Shown: positions 49,885 through 59,125 of the stretch, piece after piece
Layout: each line of letters opens with the position of its first letter
Numbering within the stretch: position 1 is the first letter of the stretch
DNA from: a virus
Virus record (IMG/VR): IMGVR_UViG_3300028392_000045
Location: 1 to 64,000 of that record
Length of the DNA: 64,000 nt
Direction: 5' to 3' (one strand)
Program-made: the position numbers and the translations under genes
The notes under the pieces: generated by a model
Told to the model about the DNA's origin: nothing
Seen by the model: the letters and a program-made list of their open reading frames with translations, nothing else
The model's database searches: none

Positions 49885-50397
49885 CTTTTGCAATTTTTTC
49901 AAATTCTTCAGTAGGATCATCTTCTTCTATCGGACATTGTGTGTCATCAATTCTTTCTTGTAATTTAGTCATACTGTAATTTTTACAAGACGCAAGGTAT
50001 AACTTATATTTTAGTTTCTCAAAAAAATTTTTAGAAAAAAATGTTTGATCAATTTATATAGCAATAAAAGTATTTTTAATATACCCCCTATGGTATGAAA
50101 ATTATAGATATGTATATGGGTATAGTATACAACCGGCTTCGCCGTCGACATTTTCTAGCTATCGAGGTTCCCCTACCCAATTTTGATTTACACTTGTATT
50201 TCGATAAAGCGTATGGGAATCTGGTTATGGTTTGTAAAGTTTGGTTATTATTATGAGCGAGCCTTGGCATTGTGCCGATAATGAAGGTATGGAATACAGT
50301 AAATCCTTAGCTTGCTCTTTTTTCTACTCTTATTCTTATACCTATATATAAGGTATAGCATTCAATTTGATTATTAACATTCTTAACATACATTACT

Positions 50398-50793
50398 ATG
50401 GAATTTATTTCAATTGTGACATGTCGTCAGCTTAATGCGAAATCCAAGAAGAAAGATGGTTCGTCTTACGAGATGAACAAGAACAAAGTTTATCCAGTAC
50501 AGCTATCCGTTGTAAAGGGTGAACTTCCTGGAAACTGTTTGGTTGTAGACGGAACTGTTGCAGCACGTATTAACCTATCTACGGAAGGCTATACACTATT
50601 GACTGCTGTACAATCTGGAGTAGATCCAGTTTACGGTACTCAATATCAGTTGTCTGCATTGCCAGTTGTAGGAGTATCAGATTATCTTGCAACACTAAAG
50701 CAATTGCCTAGTGCAAAGATCATCGACACTCGATCTTCAAATCCTAAAGAAGCTTTGGAAAACGCAAACGCTGGGGATAATCCATTTTCCTAA
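50398..50793 (+). CDS. First early gene; possible ssDNA-binding protein
   Basis: Beta-rich, with a flexible tail ending DNPFS like SSB C-terminal tails. Confidence 0.45.
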   Translation: MEFISIVTCRQLNAKSKKKDGSSYEMNKNKVYPVQLSVVKGELPGNCLVVDGTVAARINLSTEGYTLLTAVQSGVDPVYGTQYQLSALPVVGVSDYLATLKQLPSAKIIDTRSSNPKEALENANAGDNPFS

Positions 50794-50797
50794 CTAA

Positions 50798-50835
50798 AGT
50801 AGACCACTCAGACTGATGGGTGGTTTACTCTTTTT
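50798..50835 (+). terminator. Rho-independent terminator
   Basis: AGTAGACCACTCA..TGGGTGGTTTACT followed by TTTTT. Confidence 0.7.
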
Positions 50836-50911
50836 ATCCAGTCCTAGGGGTAATCTACGTTGAAACATAGAAACGACGTATGAGTAAGTTCGATTCTTAC
50901 ACTGGATACCA
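50836..50911 (+). ncRNA. tRNA-like RNA with a non-canonical anticodon arm
   Basis: ATCCAGT/ACTGGAT acceptor stem plus A-CCA; T-arm GTAAG-TTCGATT-CTTAC; D-like arm TAGG/TCTA; CGTTG/CGACG stem with an 11-nt loop. Confidence 0.75.
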
Positions 50912-50935
50912 TTATTAACCACTAAAACATATAAC

Positions 50936-51340
50936 ATGAATTTCGAGATTAAATTCACTTCAAAGGATGGTTATCCTATTTACAAAACTACTGAAAACAT
51001 CGGAGTTGCTCATGTAGATTTTATTCGCGCTGAAACAGGTGTAGCAAATCTATCTTTGGATAGAATGCAAGGACATATTTCAAGTGTAATCGGAGGCCAT
51101 AATATTCCAATTTCTGAGCATCTTGCTAGAAAATCAGGACATTTTGAGTTCGATTACTTGGTAAAAATCAAAGGAGACTCAGCTTTTCTAAATAAATATC
51201 TTCAAAAAGAAGTACAATTTAGAAAAAATGATACTACTGGAGAAGTTGAGTATGCCTGGATCAAATGGTCATTCAATACTCACTATTTTTTAAATGTATG
51301 GGAAGAGGCAGGATTTCCATTGGATATGACAGTAGAATAA
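50936..51340 (+). CDS. Hypothetical early protein
   Basis: 134-aa ORF with an A-rich leader. Confidence 0.7.
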   Translation: MNFEIKFTSKDGYPIYKTTENIGVAHVDFIRAETGVANLSLDRMQGHISSVIGGHNIPISEHLARKSGHFEFDYLVKIKGDSAFLNKYLQKEVQFRKNDTTGEVEYAWIKWSFNTHYFLNVWEEAGFPLDMTVE

Positions 51341-51344
51341 TATA

Positions 51345-51390
51345 ATATATAAGGTGTATTCTCATTAATTGAAAGTACACCTTATATATA
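51345..51390. terminator. Bidirectional hairpin between convergent genes
   Basis: ATATATAAGGTGTA...TACACCTTATATAT. Confidence 0.6.
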
Positions 51391-51428
51391 TGTAAAAGGT
51401 TCAAATAATTATATAATTCCAATATTAT

Positions 51429-51824
51429 TTACTTTTCTTTAAACAAAATTTCAAATACAGCTTTATGTGAGTTATTACTAGATATTTTTCCTTTATCATC
51501 ATTCAATCTATAAGTATTAGGAGCTAGTTTTATAATAACTTTTTTAGCTTGTAGATTCTTTATAGAGTCAGTAAATGCTCCTATATTTTTCTTTGATACT
51601 TTAGCTATCTCTTCTTTTAAAGCTTTACTATTACTGAATACTACACCTTGAGCATAGTTTCCATATACATAAGCATAGTAATGTAAATCAGAGCTATTTA
51701 ATTCCAACTTATGTATTACATTCAATATGCTGCAATAAGTAAAGAAATAACCATGTTCTGTAGTATCTATAATAATAAATTCATGATAATACAAATCAAC
51801 ATTTTCTGGGTGTGTAATCTCCAT
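51429..51824 (-). CDS. Putative winged-helix protein
   Basis: EEIAKVSKK...SIKNLQAKKVI...TYRLN. Confidence 0.5.
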   Translation of the reverse strand: MEITHPENVDLYYHEFIIIDTTEHGYFFTYCSILNVIHKLELNSSDLHYYAYVYGNYAQGVVFSNSKALKEEIAKVSKKNIGAFTDSIKNLQAKKVIIKLAPNTYRLNDDKGKISSNNSHKAVFEILFKEK

Positions 51825-51825
51825 C

Positions 51826-52491
51826 TTACTTATTTTTTACTCTTAAACCATCAGGTGTCCAAATAAAGTCTATAGTAGTTTTTGATAAATCACTACTTAA
51901 AGTAAATTCATCTTTATTTCTCTCTACAGTTAATGTAGAAAAAGACTTTTGATCTACAAAATCATTTAGAACAAAGTCTGAATTAGTATAAGTACTTACT
52001 ATAGTAGCACAGTTATTTTCTATTGTTAAAGAGAATAACCAGTCAACTAATTTTTTATCTACATTAGGATTATTTGATATTGTCAATATGTCAGCTAGTC
52101 CATCTATTATTAAAAGATATGTAGGATATGCAGTTAAAATTTCTTCAATTGCATTTCTAGCAACAGCTCCTCTAGTAAGTATTAAATCATAAAAATGTAG
52201 ATTTTCAGGATGATAGCCTATTTGATCTACTGTTTGCTTACATAATTCCCAAGATTCATACTCAGACATATGAGTATTGATATAGATTACATGCTTATCA
52301 TCTGGACATTGAGTAATGTCAAATCCTAATTTGTCTGTATTGTCAGTAAAACAACTAGCAATAACAGACATCAATACACGTGATTTACAAGTTTTAGTCA
52401 AACCAGTAAACTTTAAAATACTACTAGTTCTTAATAGTGTAGTATTATCCAATGCTATTACATTAGTAGGTCTAGCCAAAGATGAGTTCAT
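51826..52491 (-). CDS. Degenerate RecA-fold AAA ATPase (AAA_25-like)
   Basis: Walker A-like GLTKTCKS, YINTHMS (usually Y.DTEQS) and LLIIDGLAD. Confidence 0.65.
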   Translation of the reverse strand: MNSSLARPTNVIALDNTTLLRTSSILKFTGLTKTCKSRVLMSVIASCFTDNTDKLGFDITQCPDDKHVIYINTHMSEYESWELCKQTVDQIGYHPENLHFYDLILTRGAVARNAIEEILTAYPTYLLIIDGLADILTISNNPNVDKKLVDWLFSLTIENNCATIVSTYTNSDFVLNDFVDQKSFSTLTVERNKDEFTLSSDLSKTTIDFIWTPDGLRVKNK

Positions 52492-52508
52492 AGTTATGTA
52501 GTTTATAG

Positions 52509-52973
52509 TTAAATAAATTTAGACATATCCATGTCTTGAATAGGTTTAATACTCTCTCTAAGTATTTCAACATTGCCTTTAGACATAATAGAAGCTTTAC
52601 ATTTCATTATAGCTTCTCCATCTTCATTCTGATAAGCTTCAAAGAGATACTGAATCTTATCAAAGTCTTTGTTTTTAATACCTAAATCAGGACATACAAT
52701 GTAAGAATAGTATCTAGTATGTAGTATTAAAGTAGGACTGCGTTTAAGTAGCTTCTTAAAAGTTACATCAATACTTCGTCTACTAGAATTAATACGTTTA
52801 GCTAGTTCTTCCATTTCTACTTTACCAAATATAACTTCATTAGCAATATCCATATTATCCATCAAATACATAAGAATAGTATGTTCCAATGAACTTAAGT
52901 CATGCATGTCAACCCATAAAGAAAAAAATGCTTTAACAAATAATTTTTGCTTAGGCTTCGTTACAAGATCCAT
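52509..52973 (-). CDS. RepL-like winged-helix protein
   Basis: ILMYLMDNMD..NEV...ELAKRI..SRRSI...FKKL...YIVCP. Confidence 0.6.
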   Translation of the reverse strand: MDLVTKPKQKLFVKAFFSLWVDMHDLSSLEHTILMYLMDNMDIANEVIFGKVEMEELAKRINSSRRSIDVTFKKLLKRSPTLILHTRYYSYIVCPDLGIKNKDFDKIQYLFEAYQNEDGEAIMKCKASIMSKGNVEILRESIKPIQDMDMSKFI

Positions 52974-53054
52974 AATTGTAAATTTTTATTGTGATTTAAC
53001 AATGTAAATATACTATTTATAATTACAACATCCAAATTTAATTACAAAAAAGAT

Positions 53055-53144
53055 GTAAAGATCCTTGTATACATGTAATAAACGTTATTTTAAAGTAAAG
53101 ATCCTTGTTTTGGAGACAATAACTCTTACGGTGGTGACAAGGAT
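53055..53144. repeat. 14-bp direct repeats plus an inverted half-site
   Basis: GTAAAGATCCTTGT at 53055 and 53095; ACAAGGAT at 53137. Confidence 0.7.
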
Positions 53145-53403
53145 TTGTGTAAAAAACAGGCCGTCAAGCCCTTATTTTGCTGGATTTTGCCTTACAGATA
53201 AAAGATAAAAGATAATAAGAGAGAATTTATTTTCTTAAATTCTTTTGCTGCAAGAAATCTAGGTAGTAAGTCAGAAAAAGTAGAGTAGGAGAGGGTATTA
53301 AGATATACTATATCAGCTCTTGACTATTTCCCCTTTTTAACTTCTACCCAAATTATCATATTCCTGACTTTTTAGTAGGAAAACAAAAATAATTTATACC
53401 ACC

Positions 53404-53439
53404 TGACATATTGTCATTAATATATCTGACATTATGTCA
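53404..53439. promoter_or_regulatory. Tandem palindromic operators TGACA-N3-TGTCA
   Basis: TGACATATTGTCA and TGACATTATGTCA with a 23-bp period. Confidence 0.65.
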
Positions 53440-53594
53440 TCAATTTATAAAACATGAAAACTGAAAAGAAAGTATATGTACGTAATCCACAAATGAATTA
53501 TTTCGTATACCCAAAAACATTTCTAAAAGAACCAGAAAAGTTTCACGCATTGAAAGCTGACGATACTTATATTTCTGATGCAAATTAATTTACT

Positions 53595-53804
53595 ATGATA
53601 CCTAGATTTCAAAAAGAATGGGAAACTTGGTTTGATTCTTTAAGTGAAACAGAGAAAAGAGCTATGTTTGATAAGCATATTGCTCCTACTTTTGTAATTG
53701 AACCATCTAAAGAATCATTAGATAACATTTTTAATACTCAAATCTACAGATTAGTGCAAACTATGTGGATATATGAACAAGAAGACAATGATACCAAAAT
53801 TTAA
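53595..53804 (+). CDS. Small helical protein, paralog of the next gene
   Basis: MIPRF...W..L...F vs MIPKF...WW.L...F. Confidence 0.6.
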   Translation: MIPRFQKEWETWFDSLSETEKRAMFDKHIAPTFVIEPSKESLDNIFNTQIYRLVQTMWIYEQEDNDTKI

Positions 53805-54036
53805 AACTAAGTACGAAATTGCCAATGAATGGTGGATGGCTCTAACAGATGAACAATGCGTAGAGGAATTTGAAAAAACACCTTTTGCAACTGATCCTCC
53901 AATGACTACTCCACCAAAAGAAAAAATCAAAAATATGGTAATGAAATTTCATCGACAGATGATTTATGCAAGACATATGGCTGATCTACAAGGAATAACA
54001 TTCGAGGAAGCTATGAAAACTGCTTTTGGATCATAA
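53773..54036 (+). CDS. Small helical protein
   Basis: 87-aa ORF. Confidence 0.6.
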   Translation: MNKKTMIPKFKTKYEIANEWWMALTDEQCVEEFEKTPFATDPPMTTPPKEKIKNMVMKFHRQMIYARHMADLQGITFEEAMKTAFGS

Positions 54037-54194
54037 AATCTAAAGCAATTATATTAGCTAAAAAAGAAGTATTCTTCTGGTGATATTTTCAACTTTAAAA
54101 CTCAAGAAGATGGCGGAATGGACTGATTTTGATTTATTATTGCAAACCGAGGAACCAGAAATTAACTTAACTGAATCTGAAGAAGAACAGTTGA

Positions 54195-54575
54195 ATGAAT
54201 ATGAATGGCAACTCGATAACTTTTTGGATTATGAGTACTAGAACATGCCAAATTGTGTATATTCATGGAACTAAGTCTATTACAGGTGAAGAAGTAATTA
54301 ATGAGAAAATCATTATTGCAAAACTTTCAGCCGTACAGACATTAGGTAAAAAATACACAGAAAAATCTCCTTTCAATCCTAACATGCAAGACCATTACAT
54401 TCTACCAATGAATTGTACTGTGGAAGTAAAAGATGTAGCAAATCAAAAAGTAATCTGTAAAGATACTTTGAAAGGTGCTCAAGCATATGGGTATTGTTAT
54501 CCAGATGATAAAAAGCTTTTACTTCAAAACATTAAGGAATGTTTAAAGGGGCAACAAAATTTGTTTTCTTATTAA
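54195..54575 (+). CDS. Hypothetical protein
   Basis: ORF; the true start may be MSTRTC. Confidence 0.55.
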   Translation: MNMNGNSITFWIMSTRTCQIVYIHGTKSITGEEVINEKIIIAKLSAVQTLGKKYTEKSPFNPNMQDHYILPMNCTVEVKDVANQKVICKDTLKGAQAYGYCYPDDKKLLLQNIKECLKGQQNLFSY

Positions 54576-54641
54576 GGCAGTCGTAGGCCGAATTACGACA
54601 GTAAATACAATCCCAGTTAGTAATTTTATTAATTAGTGTTG

Positions 54642-54673
54642 TGCCAGTCTGCTTGAGGGTAGGCTGGCTTTTT
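54642..54673 (+). terminator. Rho-independent terminator
   Basis: GCCAGTCTGCT-tgag-GGTAGGCTGGC-TTTTT. Confidence 0.75.
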
Positions 54674-54859
54674 AATTATGCAAGTAATTAGAATGCTTGC
54701 TTTTTTATTTTTATTATATAAATCAGAAATTATGAGAATATATCACAATTCAAATTATTTTAGTTTTGCAAACCATAAAAATATTGGATTTGGATTAGGA
54801 GCTTCTAATTTTTATGTAAGGCATACATTTGATAAAAAATCAATTAATATCATACTACT

Positions 54860-54909
54860 CTGACAAACGCGAAGCATTTGTCTGACAGTAATTTTATCAA
54901 AAATTACAG
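54860..54909 (+). repeat. Double-hairpin element copy
   Basis: CTGAC-AAACGCGAAGCATTT-GTCTG-A-CAGTA-ATTTTATCAAAAAT-TACAG. Confidence 0.8.
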
Positions 54910-54956
54910 GAGTTTGGTGATTACACAAGGAAAGCCGAATTCTGAACCTATTTGTA

Positions 54957-55006
54957 CTATCAGATCTTTAGATCAGATTGCCAGTCAGGATTTCCAATCC
55001 TTACAG
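54957..55006 (+). repeat. Double-hairpin element copy
   Basis: CTATC-AGATCTTTAGATCA-GATTG-C-CAGTC-AGGATTTCCAATCCT-TACAG. Confidence 0.8.
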
Positions 55007-55032
55007 ACAGATTTACCTGAATATTTTCATGT

Positions 55033-55263
55033 ATGAAAACAGAATACACAATACTTGTAACAGGATCAGATCTTACAAAATTTAAAAAAGAATATGCTAT
55101 ATACACTAAAGCAAGCACTCAACAGTTTGCTTTGTATGATGTAGCTAATAAAGATTCTTTTATTGCTTTTTGTAAAATATTTTCAAAAGCTAATAAAGTA
55201 GAGCTTACTTTGATGATAGTAGATAGTAAAAACACTAATTCAGAATTAAAAATAAAACCATGA
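55033..55263 (+). CDS. Hypothetical protein
   Basis: 76 aa, coupled to the next gene. Confidence 0.55.
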   Translation: MKTEYTILVTGSDLTKFKKEYAIYTKASTQQFALYDVANKDSFIAFCKIFSKANKVELTLMIVDSKNTNSELKIKP

Positions 55264-55490
55264 GTCCAGCACTTGCAGTACTTGCAATGATTATCATATG
55301 GGTTATGTATAATAGCCTTAACGTAACCTACAACGACAAACATAAGAATGAACTCAATTACCTTGCTTTTGATGCAGGGTTTGATCCAGAGCAGACTAAA
55401 CATGAATTTCATGGTTTTAGCGCAGGGTGGATAATCATTCTATTTTGTCTATTTATAGCATTAGGCTATTGGTTTAAAACAACACTATGA
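55260..55490 (+). CDS. Two-TM small membrane protein
   Basis: Two hydrophobic segments. Confidence 0.6.
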   Translation: MSPALAVLAMIIIWVMYNSLNVTYNDKHKNELNYLAFDAGFDPEQTKHEFHGFSAGWIIILFCLFIALGYWFKTTL

Positions 55491-55763
55491 AAATCGTACA
55501 TATTGTGTATACTAGCTCTTTTTCTATTTCTAAAAACTTTATTGATTTCATGGAATTAAAGCATTTAGAGGAACCAACTACTAGATGCACTCAAAAAATT
55601 ATATTTACATGACAAATACAGAATTTAAGAAGTTGTTACATATTCAAGAAGACTCACTAGAAAGCAGAGTACTTGAGTATATGACATTTTTCTTTTTAGC
55701 ACAGATCAAAATTAATCACTTAGCCGAGCTGATGGCACAGGCAAAATTCATAAATCTATTATA

Positions 55764-56483
55764 ATGGCACAAGGTATTTATTTGGACAATTTTCATTTTG
55801 ACTTTGAAACGTCATGTAAAATCGTAAAAGCTGTCTACAAGGAAGACTTCAAAGATTTCAAAACCGATTATCCAATGTTCTATTCGAACAATAAGGAACA
55901 TTTTGATGCAAATTGGAGTTCTATTAATCCATTTACTATGGGAGATTTTGAAAACATCAAAGACGTAAACAAGCGTCGAGTCGTTTTTAATTCTTTACCT
56001 TTGTCCTTGTTGTTTTCAGATGCAGAAGTAATGCAGGCTAAGTCTGTTATTACAAAGCAGCGTGCAGAGCCAGCTAGAATGGTTCAAGATGTAGATGGAA
56101 ATACTATTGCCCTTGAGGCAGGTACTATGCTAAACAACTATTATCTAGTACGTAAACCAATCAAGTCTATTTTCCCAGATGCTAATGTAGCATTTGATTT
56201 TATTTACGCTGTACGTTGTTTTTGTACATCTCAGATTGAAGATGGTAAGCCAAAAGTTTATCACCTGATGGTGAATTCCGAAGCTGATTACTGCAAGCCT
56301 GGGCGATTTAATGTTTTGGAAGCAATTGCTACTAGAGCAAGAACCTATGTGAATAAATTCGATTCAATCTATCGTCATGGTGAAGTAATGATTTTTAAAT
56401 TGCTACCTGACTCTCAGCTTTTGGATGAGAAACGACCTCTTACAGTTGAAGAGTATTTCAACTTCATGCAAGAACAGAGATGA
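55764..56483 (+). CDS. DUF6745-like protein
   Basis: I.DVNKRRV...AVRC.CTS...Y.L.V...EAIA pattern. Confidence 0.5.
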   Translation: MAQGIYLDNFHFDFETSCKIVKAVYKEDFKDFKTDYPMFYSNNKEHFDANWSSINPFTMGDFENIKDVNKRRVVFNSLPLSLLFSDAEVMQAKSVITKQRAEPARMVQDVDGNTIALEAGTMLNNYYLVRKPIKSIFPDANVAFDFIYAVRCFCTSQIEDGKPKVYHLMVNSEADYCKPGRFNVLEAIATRARTYVNKFDSIYRHGEVMIFKLLPDSQLLDEKRPLTVEEYFNFMQEQR

Positions 56484-56517
56484 TCATTTTTTTATAATTT
56501 AGCTAAATATTGTTATT

Positions 56518-56793
56518 ATGACTACTGAAGCAATCGGGTATCTAACCCAAAATGAAGTTGGACAATTGGTTCTAACTCCTGGTTCACCAACTAAACACAT
56601 GTTGGATCAACCAGTAATGGAAGGCATTGTTAGAAAAGACATCGTTGGTGATGTTATCTTCTTTCGTGTTCTTCAAGACGGAACCAATGTAATTCACCCA
56701 CAACATGGTGATTTGCGTTTGGATGCTGGTAGCTACTGCGCTACTATTCAAGTTGAGCAACTTCTAAATAAAGAAGTTCTAGCATTCGACTAA
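56518..56793 (+). CDS. Small His-motif protein, likely partner of the upstream gene
   Basis: HPQHGDL.L..G.Y....QVE. Confidence 0.55.
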   Translation: MTTEAIGYLTQNEVGQLVLTPGSPTKHMLDQPVMEGIVRKDIVGDVIFFRVLQDGTNVIHPQHGDLRLDAGSYCATIQVEQLLNKEVLAFD

Positions 56794-56882
56794 TTTTTTT
56801 GCATTTTTTGTTAATTTCCTATTCAGGGGGTTGGTTACATTTGTAGTCAGCCCCTTTTTATTACAAAAATTCAATCAATCAT

Positions 56883-57755
56883 ATGGTAAATACTAAATGG
56901 ATGGATAAACGACTAACATTCATTCAAAAACAAGCTCGTGGTGCAAAAGAATTTCAGATTCCTGTAAAACCAGACCTTGGCTTTTATAAAGGAGGTATCT
57001 GGACACCATCTGAATTTTTACCTATTCCTGGCGTTAAGAGTGTCCTGGACACAGATGTTAAGCTGATGAACCACATGGTTCCGTTTAACTTCATCTGGCC
57101 TTTCTTGATTTTAACAGGACGTGATCTTCCAGATGATTCTTCATGGGGATATGGCTCATTTGCACCTGGACAGGAAGAATCAGACGAAGAGAAAAAGACT
57201 ATGCCTGTGTCTAGCTTTTCTATGTTGTCTCACTTGTTTTTTGTGAATTACCTCAATATTGTGAATGGTAAGAACCCTCCATACTTGATTAAGAAAATGA
57301 AGGATGACAGCTATTGGGGCTGGTTAAACCCTTCTATTAGAGACAATCAAGGAACTTTCATGGTTCCTACTGTACCCGATTGGAAAGCTGCAACTGCAAA
57401 CTTTCCTCTGAATATGGATAAAGAGGAGTTTGCAAAGTATGTTTGGTTTTCAGAAAATAGTGGTGGATGCCCTCATCCGGTAGCAGAATTACTACCTTGG
57501 AACATGAACGAGGGACTTGCTGGCCAGGATGGTAAAACAGGAATATTCGATCTAGTTGGTAATCTATGTGCTACAGTTGTTGAGACTGATATGCCATTTA
57601 TCACTAACGCTCTTTTGAAAGAACATTTCCCAGAAATTAAGCAAGCTGCTAATAACCTAACTTGGCAGGATGTTTTTGATGCTCAACTGTTAGGTAAAGC
57701 TCGTCCTGTAGGGACTGTAAATTGGCTTGGTTTAGGTGCTGATTTCATATTCTAA
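56883..57755 (+). CDS. Hypothetical protein
   Basis: 290-aa ORF, Trp/Pro-rich. Confidence 0.75.
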   Translation: MVNTKWMDKRLTFIQKQARGAKEFQIPVKPDLGFYKGGIWTPSEFLPIPGVKSVLDTDVKLMNHMVPFNFIWPFLILTGRDLPDDSSWGYGSFAPGQEESDEEKKTMPVSSFSMLSHLFFVNYLNIVNGKNPPYLIKKMKDDSYWGWLNPSIRDNQGTFMVPTVPDWKAATANFPLNMDKEEFAKYVWFSENSGGCPHPVAELLPWNMNEGLAGQDGKTGIFDLVGNLCATVVETDMPFITNALLKEHFPEIKQAANNLTWQDVFDAQLLGKARPVGTVNWLGLGADFIF

Positions 57756-57825
57756 CTGACTTAGTTATATTCAATTAAATATAAACCTCTATATTTGAGG
57801 TCATTTATTCACCAAATTTTAACTT

Positions 57826-58302
57826 ATGATTATTTTATGGATCATGTTATCTTCTTTTTTGGTGGAAGAAAAGCCTCAAACATATGTGGCAGATCTTCCT
57901 GAGTTTCTTGTTAGTGCTAAATACCCAACTAATGGTAAAGTGGCATTATTAGCCCGTTTGATTAATGCAGAAGCAGGAGGTGAACCTATTCAAGGTCAAT
58001 ATGCCGTAGCTTCTGTAGTACTAAACAGAATGGAATATAAAAAAGCTTCTATAGCTAGTATTGTATTTCAGTCAGGGCAATTCGACGGTGTTAGATCAAA
58101 AAGGTTTCGGCACTATGACCGTTACCAATACATAATTGCTTACAAAGTTCTTATATGTAAGCAAAGAACAATTCCTAGTTCTGTACTATATTTCCATAAC
58201 AAGAAAACTAGTACAGATACAGGATGGGTTGCAGCTCTTAGTAAGTATGAATGGATGACAATTGGTAGACATACTTTTTGTCATTCAAAATATCTTATTT
58301 AG
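57826..58302 (+). CDS. SleB-like cell wall hydrolase (Hydrolase_2)
   Basis: LLARLINAEAGGE, AVASVVLNR, GQF, LYFHN and IGRHTF motifs; hydrophobic N-terminus. Confidence 0.92.
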   Translation: MIILWIMLSSFLVEEKPQTYVADLPEFLVSAKYPTNGKVALLARLINAEAGGEPIQGQYAVASVVLNRMEYKKASIASIVFQSGQFDGVRSKRFRHYDRYQYIIAYKVLICKQRTIPSSVLYFHNKKTSTDTGWVAALSKYEWMTIGRHTFCHSKYLI

Positions 58303-58538
58303 ATTTCTGTTTTGATTAATTTAGTGGATTTTTTTGAGAAGGAGATGTAAAAAGTCTCCTTTTCTTTTACTAATCAAAAATTATATAACATGAAGTGCAA
58401 ATTCTGTAATCAAAAAATGACAAAATCTTGTCAGAATAGACAAGCAGCTAATTCTTGTGGGTTTAAGGCTAAAAAGGAGGGTAACAACAAAAAGTCTCTA
58501 AAAGAAATTAATAGAGATGCAAAAAATAAAACAAGGCC

Positions 58539-58962
58539 ATGAAAATAATTGACTTTTTTGTTACAGATGCATTTTTAGTAGATTATGGAGTACTTTGTCC
58601 CGACTTATCTAAATATGCTCATCTAAATATTAAAATAAAATCCATTTTTGATGTGTTTGAAATCTCATCAGATGGGATTATAGAAATTTCAGATGTAACG
58701 AGCAAAACAATTATACTAATATGAAATTATGTTATTTCTTTCAAGCTGCAAGATTTATGAAACCTTATAATGAGTCTTCTCTTTCTAGGATATACAACAT
58801 AGTAGATGATGTTGATCCTGTAGATACAAAAAATATAATATGCATTTAAATATGAAGTATCAATTTGCTAGATTTAGAAGTTATAAAGATTTTCTAAATT
58901 TAGAAATTAGTCTAGTGAAAAACGTTGATAATTTAGACACAAAAAATATAATCTTAATATGA
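58539..58962 (+). CDS. Three tandem microproteins (58539-58724, 58721-58849, 58852-58962)
   Basis: Manual translation; C-termini SKTIILI, TKNIICI and TKNIILI. Confidence 0.6.
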
Positions 58963-59125
58963 TTCAATTAAACTCAAACACATTTTTTGCTCCATGTGAT
59001 TTAGTAGACATGGATACCAATAAAAAAATAGGGGAAGATTATGTAGAATTTACACTTCCTACTATATTTGAAGACAGTTTATGTCATGAAATTTTTTATC
59101 CTGAATTCAGACTAATTAAACGTAT

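Noticed and set aside
50836-50911. Canonical tRNA-Met/Ile(CAT)
   Set aside because: CAT lies off-centre in an 11-nt loop without U33, so it is reported as tRNA-like only.
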